From assembly GCA_002167555.2 (NCBI GenBank), contig NHDL02000002.1, positions 86,072-131,243 on the forward strand: a stretch of 45,172 nucleotides of DNA. Direction: 5' to 3'. Below, one piece after another: positions 32,651 to 42,822 of this stretch (its first letter is position 1; the number at the start of each line of letters is the position of its first letter). A model generated the notes under the pieces. It saw only the letters and a list, made by a program, of their open reading frames with translations. It did no database searches and was not told where the DNA came from. Source of the DNA: Deltaproteobacteria bacterium TMED58. Its GTDB lineage: Bacteria > Desulfobacterota_D > UBA1144. Made by a program: the position numbers and the translations under genes.

Positions 32651-34108
32651 ATGACCGAAGAATTAAAGATTGATAATGATCAAGCAACTAAAGAGATGCT
32701 TGAAAATAACGAATATAAATATGGTTTTGTTACTGATATTGAGCAAGAAATAATACCAAAAGGAATCAGTGAAGAAGTTATAAATTTTATTTCAAAAAAG
32801 AAAAATGAACCTAGTTGGCTTTTAGATTTTAGACTTAAAGCTTATAGTAAATGGAAGAAAATGAAGGAGCCCTCTTGGGCAAAACTTAATGTTGAACCCA
32901 TAAAATATGATGACATAAGTTATTTTGCCGCTCCTAAGGAGATGCCAAAATCACTAGATGATATAGACCCCGAAATTCTTGATACATATAATAAATTGGG
33001 CATACCTTTAGAGGAGCAAAAGCAGTTAGAAGGAGTTGCAGTTGATGTAGTATTCGACAGCGTATCGTTAGTTACTACTTTTAAAGAAAAACTTGCAAAG
33101 CTTGGAATAATTTTTTGCTCATTTTCTGAAGCTGTAGAGAATCACGAGGACCTTGTAAAAAAATATTTAGGAAAAGTAATACCCGCTGGCGATAACTATT
33201 TTGCTGCTTTAAATGCATCTGTTTTTACTGATGGCTCATTTGTTTATATACCTAAGGGTGTCAAATGTCCAATGGAGCTTTCAACTTATTTTAGAATCAA
33301 TGCTGAAGATACTGGGCAATTTGAAAGAACTCTTATAATAGCTGAAGAGGGAAGTAGTGTTAGCTATTTAGAGGGTTGCACTGCCCCTAAAAGAAGTACA
33401 AGTCAGCTGCATGCAGCATGTGTAGAATTAATTGCCTTTGACGACGCTACCATTAAATATTCCACAATCCAAAATTGGTACCCCGGCGATAAGAATGGAA
33501 AAGGCGGAATTTACAATTTTGTAACTAAAAGAGGGAATTGTGTTGGTAAGAATTCAAGAATATCCTGGACACAAGTAGAAACAGGTTCATCTATTACATG
33601 GAAGTATCCAAGTTGTATCTTAACAGGTGATAATTCCGTAGGTGAATTTTATTCAGTGGCACTAACAAATAATAGACAACAGGCAGATACAGGCACCAAG
33701 ATGATTCATTTAGGAAAAAATACTAAAAGTACTATTGTTTCAAAGGGTATATCTGCAGGTCATGGACAAAATATCTACAGAGGCTTGGTCGAAGTCTCAA
33801 AAAATGCTACAAATGCTAGGAACTATACGGTTTGTGACTCGATTCTAATTGGTGAAAATTGCGGTGCTCATACTTTTCCCTATATAGAAGTTAAAAATAC
33901 AACTGCACAGCTTGAGCATGAGGCCACTACTTCAAAAGTTGGTGAAGATCAAATTTTTTATTGTCAGCAAAGAGGAATGTCTGAAGAAGATGCGCTCTCG
34001 TTAATTGTTAACGGTTTTTGCAAAGAGGTATTTAAAGAGTTACCTTTTGAGTTTGCTGTTGAAGCAGAAAGGCTTCTCAGTGTAAGCTTAGAAGGAAGTG
34101 TTGGCTAG
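32651..34108 (+). CDS. sufB: Fe-S assembly protein SufB
   Basis: [32 protein letters not shown]; no intein. Confidence 0.98.
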   Translation: MTEELKIDNDQATKEMLENNEYKYGFVTDIEQEIIPKGISEEVINFISKKKNEPSWLLDFRLKAYSKWKKMKEPSWAKLNVEPIKYDDISYFAAPKEMPKSLDDIDPEILDTYNKLGIPLEEQKQLEGVAVDVVFDSVSLVTTFKEKLAKLGIIFCSFSEAVENHEDLVKKYLGKVIPAGDNYFAALNASVFTDGSFVYIPKGVKCPMELSTYFRINAEDTGQFERTLIIAEEGSSVSYLEGCTAPKRSTSQLHAACVELIAFDDATIKYSTIQNWYPGDKNGKGGIYNFVTKRGNCVGKNSRISWTQVETGSSITWKYPSCILTGDNSVGEFYSVALTNNRQQADTGTKMIHLGKNTKSTIVSKGISAGHGQNIYRGLVEVSKNATNARNYTVCDSILIGENCGAHTFPYIEVKNTTAQLEHEATTSKVGEDQIFYCQQRGMSEEDALSLIVNGFCKEVFKELPFEFAVEAERLLSVSLEGSVG

Positions 34109-34143
34109 ACTTTAAAGTTTAATTATTTATTAGGGAGTTTTTT

Positions 34144-34884
34144 ATGTTAGAGATTATAAATCTTCATGCTGAAGTTGAGGGCCAAAAGATTTTACAAGGC
34201 CTTAATTTGAAAATTGACAAAGGTGAAGTTCATTCTATTATGGGCCCTAATGGTTCTGGAAAGAGTACACTTGCATCTATTCTTGCTGGCAAAGAAGATT
34301 ACGATATTACTGATGGCGACATAGTCTATAAAGGTGAAAGTATTTTAGAGCTTTCTCCTGATGAAAGAGCGCAAGAGGGCATTTTTTTGGCTTTTCAATA
34401 CCCTATAGAGATACCTGGCGTATCTAATGGTTATTTTCTTAGGGAAGCATACAATTGTATAAATGAGGCACGTGGTAATAAGCCGTTGAAGCCTGTTCAA
34501 TTTGGAAAATTAGCAAAAGAGAAAATTAAAATGTTAAAAATGGACGATTCCTTTTTACAAAGGTCTTTAAACGAAGGCTTTTCTGGTGGAGAGAAAAAAA
34601 GGAATGAGATTTTACAAATGGCAATATTAGAGCCATTACTATCAATTTTAGATGAAACTGACTCAGGCCTGGATATTGATGCGTTACAAATTGTAGCTAA
34701 CGGCGTCAATTCATTAAGAAGTAAAGAGACGTCTTTTTTGGTCATAACTCATTATCAAAGGCTCCTTGACTATATAGTTCCTGACTTCGTTCATGTTCTA
34801 GTAGAGGGAAGAATAGTTAAGTCAGGAAATAAAGACCTCGCACTAGAGCTTGAATCAAAAGGGTACTCTTGGTTGGAAGATTAA
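34144..34884 (+). CDS. sufC: Fe-S assembly ATPase SufC
   Basis: [29 protein letters not shown]. Confidence 0.98.
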   Translation: MLEIINLHAEVEGQKILQGLNLKIDKGEVHSIMGPNGSGKSTLASILAGKEDYDITDGDIVYKGESILELSPDERAQEGIFLAFQYPIEIPGVSNGYFLREAYNCINEARGNKPLKPVQFGKLAKEKIKMLKMDDSFLQRSLNEGFSGGEKKRNEILQMAILEPLLSILDETDSGLDIDALQIVANGVNSLRSKETSFLVITHYQRLLDYIVPDFVHVLVEGRIVKSGNKDLALELESKGYSWLED

Positions 34885-34886
34885 AT

Positions 34887-36182
34887 ATGGAAAAATTAGA
34901 TACCAGACTTATAAAGAATTTCGAAGAAAGAAACCTTAGTAAGCATTCACTAGGTTGGATTAGTGATTATAGATCAACTGCAATTAATTTAGTTAAAGAG
35001 ATGGGAATGCCGAAACTTTCTGATGAGGACTGGAGGTTTACAAGCTTGAAAGATTTTTCTTTAAAAGATTTTTCACCTATCTTTTCATCAAAATCTAACT
35101 TTAAAAAGCCTAGTCTCCCAGATTATATTGATAAAATTGACGGATATTTTATTTATATTCATAATGGCAATCTTGTCTCAGGCACCGAATACCCATTTAT
35201 TGTTGAACCGTTGGAAGCTTCTTTTGAATACCCCGAGGTTAAAAAAGTCTTGCTAGATGATACATTGTCTAAAAACAAGGATTTTTTTTATGAGCTTGGT
35301 TCTGCTTTTATTGAAAATGGACTCTATTTGAAAATAAATAAATCACAAAAGATTGATAAGCCCATAATTATAATTAATAGCTTTGACTCTGAGTTAGATA
35401 ATAAATTCTTAAATACTAGAAATATATTCTTTTTTGGTGAATCATCATCGGCAGAAATAATAGAATATTCTCTTTCAGACTCACAAAATGAATATTTTTT
35501 AAATAAGACTACAACTGTTAATATTGAAAGTAACTCTAATGTGGAGCATTTACTTGTCGAAGCAGGAAATAAAAATTCATATATTTTTTCAAATCTTAAA
35601 ATTATTCAATCCAGAGACTCCAACTTTACTACTAATTCGATTCTAACAGGAGGACTCCTTATTAGGAATAATGTCCATCCAATGTTAAATGGTGAAGGTG
35701 CAAATTCCAATATTTTAGGACTTTATCTTTCAACAGAAGAACAACTAATGGATAATTATATGTTCGTTGAGCATTTAAAGGCAAATTGTGAAAGTAGGCA
35801 GTTGTATAAAGGACTATTGAATGATTCCTCAAAAGGTGTTTTTCATGGAAGAATTCTTGTTCATGAGGAGGCTCAACAAACTAATGCCTATCAAACGAAT
35901 AGAAACCTTTTACTGTCCGATGATGCTCAAGTCGATACTAAGCCACAATTAGAGATTTATGCAGATGATGTTAAGTGTTCGCACGGTGCTACAATTGGTC
36001 AAATAGATAAAGAGGCACTTCTATATCTTCGTGCCAGAGGAATTAGTAAAGATAAAGCAATGTTAATGTTAATAAAGGCTTTTACGGATGAAGTGTGTGA
36101 GCCAATAAAAAATCAAACCTTGCTAGACGCTTTTCATAATATAGTTAACAATTGGTTTGAAAAATCTAAATTGACTAATTAA
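34887..36182 (+). CDS. sufD: Fe-S assembly protein SufD
   Basis: EDWRFT, KPQLEIYADDVKCSHGAT, YLRARGI; ATG at 34887. Confidence 0.95.
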   Translation: MEKLDTRLIKNFEERNLSKHSLGWISDYRSTAINLVKEMGMPKLSDEDWRFTSLKDFSLKDFSPIFSSKSNFKKPSLPDYIDKIDGYFIYIHNGNLVSGTEYPFIVEPLEASFEYPEVKKVLLDDTLSKNKDFFYELGSAFIENGLYLKINKSQKIDKPIIIINSFDSELDNKFLNTRNIFFFGESSSAEIIEYSLSDSQNEYFLNKTTTVNIESNSNVEHLLVEAGNKNSYIFSNLKIIQSRDSNFTTNSILTGGLLIRNNVHPMLNGEGANSNILGLYLSTEEQLMDNYMFVEHLKANCESRQLYKGLLNDSSKGVFHGRILVHEEAQQTNAYQTNRNLLLSDDAQVDTKPQLEIYADDVKCSHGATIGQIDKEALLYLRARGISKDKAMLMLIKAFTDEVCEPIKNQTLLDAFHNIVNNWFEKSKLTN

Positions 36183-36255
36183 TTTATTGATTGGATCAAT
36201 TGATTAAAATTTTTTGTAAAAAAATATTCAAAGCTCTTTTTTATAAAAAAACTTC

Positions 36256-36284
36256 TTGACAATTTTTTTTAAAAACCTTACAGT
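36256..36284 (+). promoter_or_regulatory. sigma70-type promoter of the H1-like gene
   Basis: TTGACA-17 bp-TACAGT with A/T tracts upstream; SD ggagg. Confidence 0.7.
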
Positions 36285-36375
36285 GAAAATAAATATTGAA
36301 TTTTTAGTATTTTTTTTGTGTTCGTTAAAAATATTAAATATTTAATTTTATATTCTAAAGTGGAGGTATAAAGTT

Positions 36376-36687
36376 ATGGCAGTTGCAAAAAAGAAAAAAA
36401 CTGTTGCTAAAAAGAAACCAGCAGCAAAAAAGAAAGTTGTAGCTAAGAAGAAGACTGCAGCTAAAAAGCCAGCGGCTAAGAAAAAGACTGTAGCTAAGAA
36501 GAAGACTACGGCTAAAAGAAAGCCTGCAGCTAAGAAAAAGACTGTAGCTAAGAAGAAGACTACAGCTAAAAGAAAAAGTGCAGCTAAAAAGCCTGCGGCT
36601 AAGAAAAAGACTGTAGCTAAGAAGAAGACTACGGCTAAAAGAAAGCCTGCGGCTAAGAAACGTAAAGCTACTAAAAGAAAGAGGTAG
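36376..36687 (+). CDS. Histone H1-like (Hc2/HctB/AlgP-like) Lys/Ala-rich protein
   Basis: 46 Lys and 6 Arg in 103 aa, no acidic residues; KKPAA, KKTVA, KKTTA repeats; has its own promoter and SD. Confidence 0.85.
   Translation: MAVAKKKKTVAKKKPAAKKKVVAKKKTAAKKPAAKKKTVAKKKTTAKRKPAAKKKTVAKKKTTAKRKSAAKKPAAKKKTVAKKKTTAKRKPAAKKRKATKRKR
36475..36660 (+). repeat. Intragenic near-identical 54-bp repeats
   Basis: Units start at 36475, 36529 and 36598 (AKKKTVAKKKTTAKRKPA); the second carries a 15-bp insertion. Confidence 0.9.
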
Positions 36688-36700
36688 TAATAGTTTAGTT

Positions 36701-36729
36701 TAGGGGTGTCAACTCAGTTGATGCCCTTA
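36701..36729 (+). terminator. Hairpin at the convergent H1-like/rho junction
   Basis: taggggtgtcaac-tca-gttgatgccctta, 13-bp stem with G-U pairs; includes the rho stop codon; weak U-tract. Confidence 0.6.
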
Positions 36730-38028
36730 GCTATTCATTGCTTTTAAGAAATCTTTATTAGATTTAGACCCTTTTAGTTTATCTAAAAGAAATTCCATAG
36801 ATTCATTTGGACTCATAGGATTGAGAACTTTTCTAAGCAACCATATTCTGTTTAAGTCATCTGGCTCTATAAGTAATTCTTCTTTTCTTGTTCCAGATCT
36901 TTGAAGATCAATTGCAGGATAAATCCTTTTTTCGGCAAGCTTCCTTTCTAAATAAATTTCCATATTACCGGTACCTTTAAATTCTTCAAAGATTACTTCG
37001 TCCATCCTACTGCCAGTCTCTATCAGGGCTGTAGCAATGATAGTCAGACTACCACCCTCTTCTGTATTTCTTGCAGCACCAAAGAATTTTTTAGGCCTCT
37101 GGAGTGCATTAGCTTCCATACCTCCTGTGAGAACTCGACCACTTGAAGGTGAAACTGTATTGCTGGCTCTTGCAAGTCTGGTGATACTATCTAACAGTAT
37201 TACTACATCATTTCCATGTTCCACAAGTCTTTTTGCTTTCTCAAGAACCATATCCGCAACTTGTACATGTCTTTGGGGGGGTTCATCAAAAGTTGAGCTA
37301 ACAACTTCGCCCTTGACTGTTCTTTCCATCTCTGTAACTTCTTCGGGTCTTTCATCAATCAAAAGGACAAAAAGAGATACGTCTGGATTATTATCAGTTA
37401 TTGCCCTAGCTATTTTTTGGAGCAAAACAGTTTTACCAGTCCTTGGTGGAGCCACAAGAAGAGCCCTCTGACCCTTACCTATAGGAATAAACATATCAAT
37501 CACTCTGGTTGAAAGCTCATCAGGATTACTTTCCATATCTAATCTATTATTTGGATGTAGAGGAACTCTATTACCAAAACTAATTCTTTCTCTACAATAG
37601 TCTGGGTCGCCAAAATTTACTGATTCAATTTTTAAAAGAGCTAAGTTTTTTTCGCCTTCTCGTGGTAGCCTCACGTAGCCGCCAACAGTATCTCCTGATT
37701 TGAGAATAAAAGATCTCACTTGGGATTTTGAGACATATATATCATCCGGACCAGGAAGATAACTATATTTTGGAGATCTTAAAAAACCATAGCCTTCATT
37801 TAGGATTTCCAAAACACCTTCAGCATATATCTCACCTTTGCTCTCATACTGAGATTTTAGAATAGCGTATGTTATTTCTTGCCTAGTCATTCTACCAATA
37901 TCATCTATCTTTAAATCTAAGGCTATTTTTTGGAGTTCTTCAGATTTGATTTCTCTTAATTCATTGAGATTCATCATATCTATACTTTTTTTATTAGAAT
38001 TTTCAGCATCTTTGGTTTTTTTACTCAT
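36727..38028 (-). CDS. rho: Transcription termination factor Rho
   Basis: [36 protein letters not shown]. Confidence 0.98.
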   Translation of the reverse strand: MSKKTKDAENSNKKSIDMMNLNELREIKSEELQKIALDLKIDDIGRMTRQEITYAILKSQYESKGEIYAEGVLEILNEGYGFLRSPKYSYLPGPDDIYVSKSQVRSFILKSGDTVGGYVRLPREGEKNLALLKIESVNFGDPDYCRERISFGNRVPLHPNNRLDMESNPDELSTRVIDMFIPIGKGQRALLVAPPRTGKTVLLQKIARAITDNNPDVSLFVLLIDERPEEVTEMERTVKGEVVSSTFDEPPQRHVQVADMVLEKAKRLVEHGNDVVILLDSITRLARASNTVSPSSGRVLTGGMEANALQRPKKFFGAARNTEEGGSLTIIATALIETGSRMDEVIFEEFKGTGNMEIYLERKLAEKRIYPAIDLQRSGTRKEELLIEPDDLNRIWLLRKVLNPMSPNESMEFLLDKLKGSKSNKDFLKAMNS

Positions 38029-38182
38029 CTGGAACCTTTGGGTTAATAATATTTTGGAATAATTTTAAATATACAAAAGGTATATACCTATATTTATAAT
38101 CATAATTGAAGAAATGTCAATTTTTAATTGTTTTGTATTGTTTTTTTTGATAATATTTGTAATTACTAATAGGTGAGGAAAT

Positions 38183-38929
38183 ATGTCTGGACATTCTAAA
38201 TGGAGCTCTATAAAACATAAAAAAGGAGCTTTAGACGCAAAAAGAGGCAAAATTTTTACTAAACTTATCCGTGAAATTACGGTTGCTGCTCGAGATGGAG
38301 GAGGAGATCCTGACGCCAATCCTAGACTGAGATTAGCTTTATTAAATGCAAGAAGTGCCAATATGCCAAAAGATACATCTGAGAGAGCTATAAAGAAAGG
38401 GACGGGTGAGCTGGCCAGCGATACATTTATTGAAACAACATATGAAGGTTATGGCCCTGGAGGAACAGCCGTCTTGGTTGAAGTTTTAACTGATAATAAA
38501 AATAGAACCGTCTCTGAGCTTAGAAGAGCATTTAGCAAGTTTGGAGGGAACTTAGGTGAGTCTGGATGTGTATCATGGATTTTTTCTAAAAAGGGTAAAT
38601 TTGAGATTCCTATTGATACAACCGATGAAGATTCTTTAATAGATATTTCTCTGAATTTGGGAGCGGAGGATGTTATAAAAGATGGAGATTTCTTCTCTAT
38701 ACTAACTGAAGTTGAGAATTTTGAAAATGTACGAAAAGGTTTAGAAGATAGTAATATAGCGATTGAAAATTCAGAAATATGTATGATACCTTCAAATTCA
38801 GTAAAAGTTGAAGGAAAGCCTGCTGAACATATGTTAAAAATGTTGGATTTGTTAGATGATTGCGATGATGTTCAGAAAGTACACTCTAATTTTGATATAG
38901 ATGACTCTATAATCGAGGCACATATTTAA
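38183..38929 (+). CDS. yebC: YebC/PmpR family protein
   Basis: MSGHSKW, NPRLR, YEGYGPGG, TDNKNRT, DDVQ. Confidence 0.97.
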   Translation: MSGHSKWSSIKHKKGALDAKRGKIFTKLIREITVAARDGGGDPDANPRLRLALLNARSANMPKDTSERAIKKGTGELASDTFIETTYEGYGPGGTAVLVEVLTDNKNRTVSELRRAFSKFGGNLGESGCVSWIFSKKGKFEIPIDTTDEDSLIDISLNLGAEDVIKDGDFFSILTEVENFENVRKGLEDSNIAIENSEICMIPSNSVKVEGKPAEHMLKMLDLLDDCDDVQKVHSNFDIDDSIIEAHI

Positions 38930-39282
38930 TTTGACTCAATCCATTTGTCTAGCCAATTTCTGAAATCGGGGTAAAATTCAATTTCAGTTTTTTTTTCTTT
39001 CTTCGGTGTGCTATAGAACATTATCATTCCATACTTTCTCATTGCAGACTTTACCTCTCTTGCTTTTTCAGGCTTAGAAACATAGCCTCTCTTGCATTGA
39101 ACACCAATCCACGTTCTTTTTTTACCATTTAAATCATAAAAACCAAATATTAGATCAGCTGCTCCTTTGCTTCCTCTGCTCTCGATTCCATAAAACTTTA
39201 TGTTTTTATATCCAGATACAATTTGTGCAATCTCTAAGTGCGTTTTTTTTTCAAATAAGTAGCCTTTTCTGTATTGGGACAT
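38926..39282 (-). CDS. Hjc-like PD-(D/E)xK nuclease (putative Holliday-junction resolvase)
   Basis: YRKG..FE, SRGSKG.ADL, VQCK in 118 aa. Confidence 0.7.
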   Translation of the reverse strand: MSQYRKGYLFEKKTHLEIAQIVSGYKNIKFYGIESRGSKGAADLIFGFYDLNGKKRTWIGVQCKRGYVSKPEKAREVKSAMRKYGMIMFYSTPKKEKKTEIEFYPDFRNWLDKWIESN

Positions 39283-39367
39283 ATTTACTTATACAATAAT
39301 AAGGAATGTATGACAAAATTTTTTTGATTAGTTATTAGGAATAAATAGTCTACAATAATACTCTAAT

Positions 39368-40009
39368 ATGAAGATAACTTTTGTTAGACACTGTGAAACA
39401 GATTGGAATAAGGAAGAAAGGTGCCAAGGGATTACTGACTTGGAATTAAATTCCAATGGATTTATGCAGGCAAAAAAGTTGGGAATATTTTTTAATAATG
39501 AAGAGGTTCAGTATGCTTTTTGTAGTGACTTAAAAAGAGCGAAGCAAACGATAGATAATATTAATTATGATCGAAGGTTTAATATTACTTATTCTGAAAA
39601 ATTAAGAGAGATGGATCAAGGTGAATTTGAAGGTCTATCACTTAGTTATCTCAGGGATAAATACTCTAACGAGTTAAGGATATGGAGAGAGAACCCTGAA
39701 AATTTTAGATTACCAAAAGGTGAAACATTAGGAGAAGTAAGAGATAGAGGGATGGGTTATTTAAAATATATTACTGAGGACTTGCCGCAAGATTGCACTG
39801 TACTTATTGTGACTCATAATTTAGTAATTGCATCAATACTTTGTACAATTGCCAAAAAGGAGCTTAAATTTTTTGCAGATTTTACAACAGCTTCAGGTGC
39901 AATATCTAGAGTTAATTTTTTAAATAATATCTTTACCCTAGAAGAATTTGATTTCATAGATCATTTGAAGGAAGTTGATAAAACGGCAAAGTCTGCTGGA
40001 GAGTATTAA
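39368..40009 (+). CDS. Histidine phosphatase (CobC/PspA/GpmB-like)
   Basis: VRHCETDWN, SDLKRA, LREM..GEFEG, GET, VTH. Confidence 0.9.
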   Translation: MKITFVRHCETDWNKEERCQGITDLELNSNGFMQAKKLGIFFNNEEVQYAFCSDLKRAKQTIDNINYDRRFNITYSEKLREMDQGEFEGLSLSYLRDKYSNELRIWRENPENFRLPKGETLGEVRDRGMGYLKYITEDLPQDCTVLIVTHNLVIASILCTIAKKELKFFADFTTASGAISRVNFLNNIFTLEEFDFIDHLKEVDKTAKSAGEY

Positions 40010-40028
40010 ATAATTTAAGGTTGTAAGA

Positions 40029-41678
40029 ATGTTAAAGGATTTTATTGAAGATAAAATTAGAATTTCATTATCAGACAAAAGTAAGAGCAAGTTTTTTGAA
40101 CTTGATATCTCTAAGCTTGTTTTATCTATTCCTAATAATCCGGACCACGGGGACTTTTCAACAAATTTTGCTTTAATAAATGCGAAAGCCTTAAAGTTGA
40201 ATCCCTTTGAACTAGCAAGAGAAATATCAACTTTATTAGATAATGAGGATAGCGACCTCTTTGAAAGAGTGACCGTTGAAAAGCCAGGTTTTATAAATTT
40301 TAAAATTTCCAAAAAGATTTACCATGATTTTTTGGCTGAAGTTTTAATTAAAGGTGAAAATTTTGGTTCTTTCCCACTAAATGGAAAAAAAATATTAATT
40401 GAATTTGTTTCAGCAAATCCAACTGGACTTCTTCACCTAGGACATCTAAGGAATGCTGCAGTGGGCGATTCAATCGCCAGGATTTTAAAGTTTTCAGGAT
40501 ATAGTGTGACAACCGAATATTATATTAATGATTATGGGAACCAGATTAGACTTTTAGGTGAATCCTTAAAATCAAGAGTAATGCAAAAGCTAAAAATAGA
40601 ATCGAAAATACCTGAGGAAGGATATAAAGGTGAATACTTATTGGATGTTGCGGAGCTTTTATTATCCGAGGTAAAATCAGATGATTTACTTAGTAAGGAT
40701 TATGAGTTTTTTTCTAATTATGCAATAAAATATTTAATTAATGAAATAGATAAGGACCTTAAAGATTTAGATATTAATTTTGATTCATGGTATTCAGAAA
40801 GAGATCGAATCCACAATACCGATTTATTATCAAAGACTAGGAATCTTATAAAGTCAGTGCAGGGTCTTTACGAAAAAGATGATGCTCAATGGATAAAAAC
40901 TTCAGAATATGGTGATAATGATGATTGGGTTGTTAAGAAAAGGGATGATGCATCTACTTATTTTATGAATGATATAGCATATCATCATGATAAATTTCAA
41001 AGAGGTTTTGATAACATAGTGAACATATGGGGTGCTGACCATCATAGCCATATATCAAGACTGAAAGCCTCAATGAATTTGCTATCTAATGATTCGCATA
41101 AGCTCAATTTTGTTCTTATACAGTTCGTAAGGTTAATTAAGGATGGAAGAGATGTGTCAATGTCCAAGAGATCTGGAACTTATACTACAATTAGAGATAT
41201 GTTAAGTGAATTTAATAAAGACTTAGTAAGATTTATGATGGTATCAAGAAGTTCTGATTCACATTTTGACTTTGATTTGGATAAATGTAGAGAGGGTTCA
41301 GATGATAACCCTATTTTCTATATTCAATATGCTAGTGCAAGAATCAATAGTATATTGAATAAGGATGAAGTTGTTAAATTTACTGAATCCCAGGTAGATT
41401 TATCTTTATTAATAGAGGACAAAGAAATTAATATAATTAAGAAGATTTTAAACTTCCCAGATATAATTTTAGATGCATCCAACTCAATGTCCCCTCATAA
41501 ACTCGCATTTTATCTCCAAGAATTATCAGCACTTTTTCATAGTTATTACAGAGAAACTAAAATTCTAGTTGATGAAAGAGAGTTAAGCGGAGCAAGATTA
41601 TTTTTACTTAAATCTTTAAAAACAGTTTTTACAAACGGATTAACTTTACTTGGTGTTTCATCGCCTGAGAGAATGTGA
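40029..41678 (+). CDS. argS: Arginine-tRNA ligase
   Basis: EFVSANPTG.LHLGH, GADH, MSKR, YIQYA, PERM. Confidence 0.98.
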   Translation: MLKDFIEDKIRISLSDKSKSKFFELDISKLVLSIPNNPDHGDFSTNFALINAKALKLNPFELAREISTLLDNEDSDLFERVTVEKPGFINFKISKKIYHDFLAEVLIKGENFGSFPLNGKKILIEFVSANPTGLLHLGHLRNAAVGDSIARILKFSGYSVTTEYYINDYGNQIRLLGESLKSRVMQKLKIESKIPEEGYKGEYLLDVAELLLSEVKSDDLLSKDYEFFSNYAIKYLINEIDKDLKDLDINFDSWYSERDRIHNTDLLSKTRNLIKSVQGLYEKDDAQWIKTSEYGDNDDWVVKKRDDASTYFMNDIAYHHDKFQRGFDNIVNIWGADHHSHISRLKASMNLLSNDSHKLNFVLIQFVRLIKDGRDVSMSKRSGTYTTIRDMLSEFNKDLVRFMMVSRSSDSHFDFDLDKCREGSDDNPIFYIQYASARINSILNKDEVVKFTESQVDLSLLIEDKEINIIKKILNFPDIILDASNSMSPHKLAFYLQELSALFHSYYRETKILVDERELSGARLFLLKSLKTVFTNGLTLLGVSSPERM

Positions 41679-41693
41679 TAAGAATGGTGAAAT

Positions 41694-42473
41694 ATGAATA
41701 ATTATTTAGGTTTATTATCACCCCAAAATATTTTTTTTGTGATAATAATTTCACTTTTTTTTTATAAAGCATGGCTATACCTTATGAATAAAACTTTTGA
41801 TAATAGCTATAATGAAACAATTTTAAAAGCTACAAAAAGTAATGAAGGCTATTCAGATGATACAGTAATCTCAAGTGTTTTTAAGGAATGGTGGACTTAT
41901 GTGATTTCACCAATTGAGGAAAGCCTTGTTGTTAGTAGAATTAATCCTAATTTTTTAACAGTGATGTCTTTTCTAGTATCTTTTATAACGGCATATTTAT
42001 TTTCAGTGGGATATATCTTTTCCGCATCAATAGTTCTATTAGCTGGGTCAAGTTTTGATATTTTAGATGGTAGAGTTGCAAGAATTAATAATTTGACCTC
42101 TGACAAAGGTGCTTTTTTAGATAGTTGCCTTGATCGTTTTTCAGAGATTGTAGTAATGTTTGGGCTTCTTGTTTTTTATAGCTCAACTGATTTTATTTAT
42201 ATTATATATTCCGCTATAGCTTTCAGTCTAACTGTAAGTTATGTTAAAGCGGCAGCAGAGAATCATGGTTTTAATGCTAATGTGGGTATAATGCAAAGAC
42301 CTGAGAGAGTAGTATGTCTGGGGTTAGGGGGATTGATAAGTTCAGCCTTAGAGTATTATGGATTTCAATTCTTTGGTTTTGACCACTTATTCTTTATGCT
42401 TACAATAATTTTTATAACAACCCTTTCATTTTATGCAACTATTCAAAGATTATTTTTGAGCCTAAAAAGTTGA
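41694..42473 (+). CDS. CDP-alcohol phosphatidyltransferase resembling phosphatidylinositol-phosphate synthase
   Basis: PN.LT, DILDG.VAR, G.FLDS.LDRFSE, SYVKA..E, G.MQRPER; extra N-terminal TM. Confidence 0.8.
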   Translation: MNNYLGLLSPQNIFFVIIISLFFYKAWLYLMNKTFDNSYNETILKATKSNEGYSDDTVISSVFKEWWTYVISPIEESLVVSRINPNFLTVMSFLVSFITAYLFSVGYIFSASIVLLAGSSFDILDGRVARINNLTSDKGAFLDSCLDRFSEIVVMFGLLVFYSSTDFIYIIYSAIAFSLTVSYVKAAAENHGFNANVGIMQRPERVVCLGLGGLISSALEYYGFQFFGFDHLFFMLTIIFITTLSFYATIQRLFLSLKS

Positions 42474-42815
42474 TTATTTAGAACTTTCTTTAATTCTTGA
42501 AGCTTTCTTTGAAAGGCCTCTAATATAATATAGTTTAGCTCTTCTAACCTTGCCTTTCTTCTTAACCTCAATTTTATCAATTTGTTTGGAATGAACAGGG
42601 AAGATTCTCTCGGTTCCAACACCATATGAAATTTTTCTTACGGTGAAGGTTTCCTTAATGCTAGCGCCACTCTTGGAAATAACTATGCCCTCAAAGATTT
42701 GAATCCTTTCCTTTTCACCTTCTTTGATTTTATAGGATACAGCAACTGTATCACCTGATTTAAAAGATGGTACTTTTTTAAGACTCTTTGTTTCTAATTT
42801 ATCTAAAATATTCAT
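42474..42815 (-). CDS. rplS: 50S ribosomal protein L19
   Basis: [21 protein letters not shown]; ATG at 42815. Confidence 0.98.
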   Translation of the reverse strand: MNILDKLETKSLKKVPSFKSGDTVAVSYKIKEGEKERIQIFEGIVISKSGASIKETFTVRKISYGVGTERIFPVHSKQIDKIEVKKKGKVRRAKLYYIRGLSKKASRIKESSK

Positions 42816-42822
42816 ATTACAC

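Noticed and set aside
36376-36687. CRISPR-like or non-coding tandem repeat
   Set aside because: Repeats are in frame, lack unique spacers, vary mostly at third codon positions and have SD, start and stop.
38926-39282. Prophage or restriction-modification island around the nuclease
   Set aside because: No integrase, DNA methyltransferase, att repeats or phage genes; flanks are housekeeping genes.
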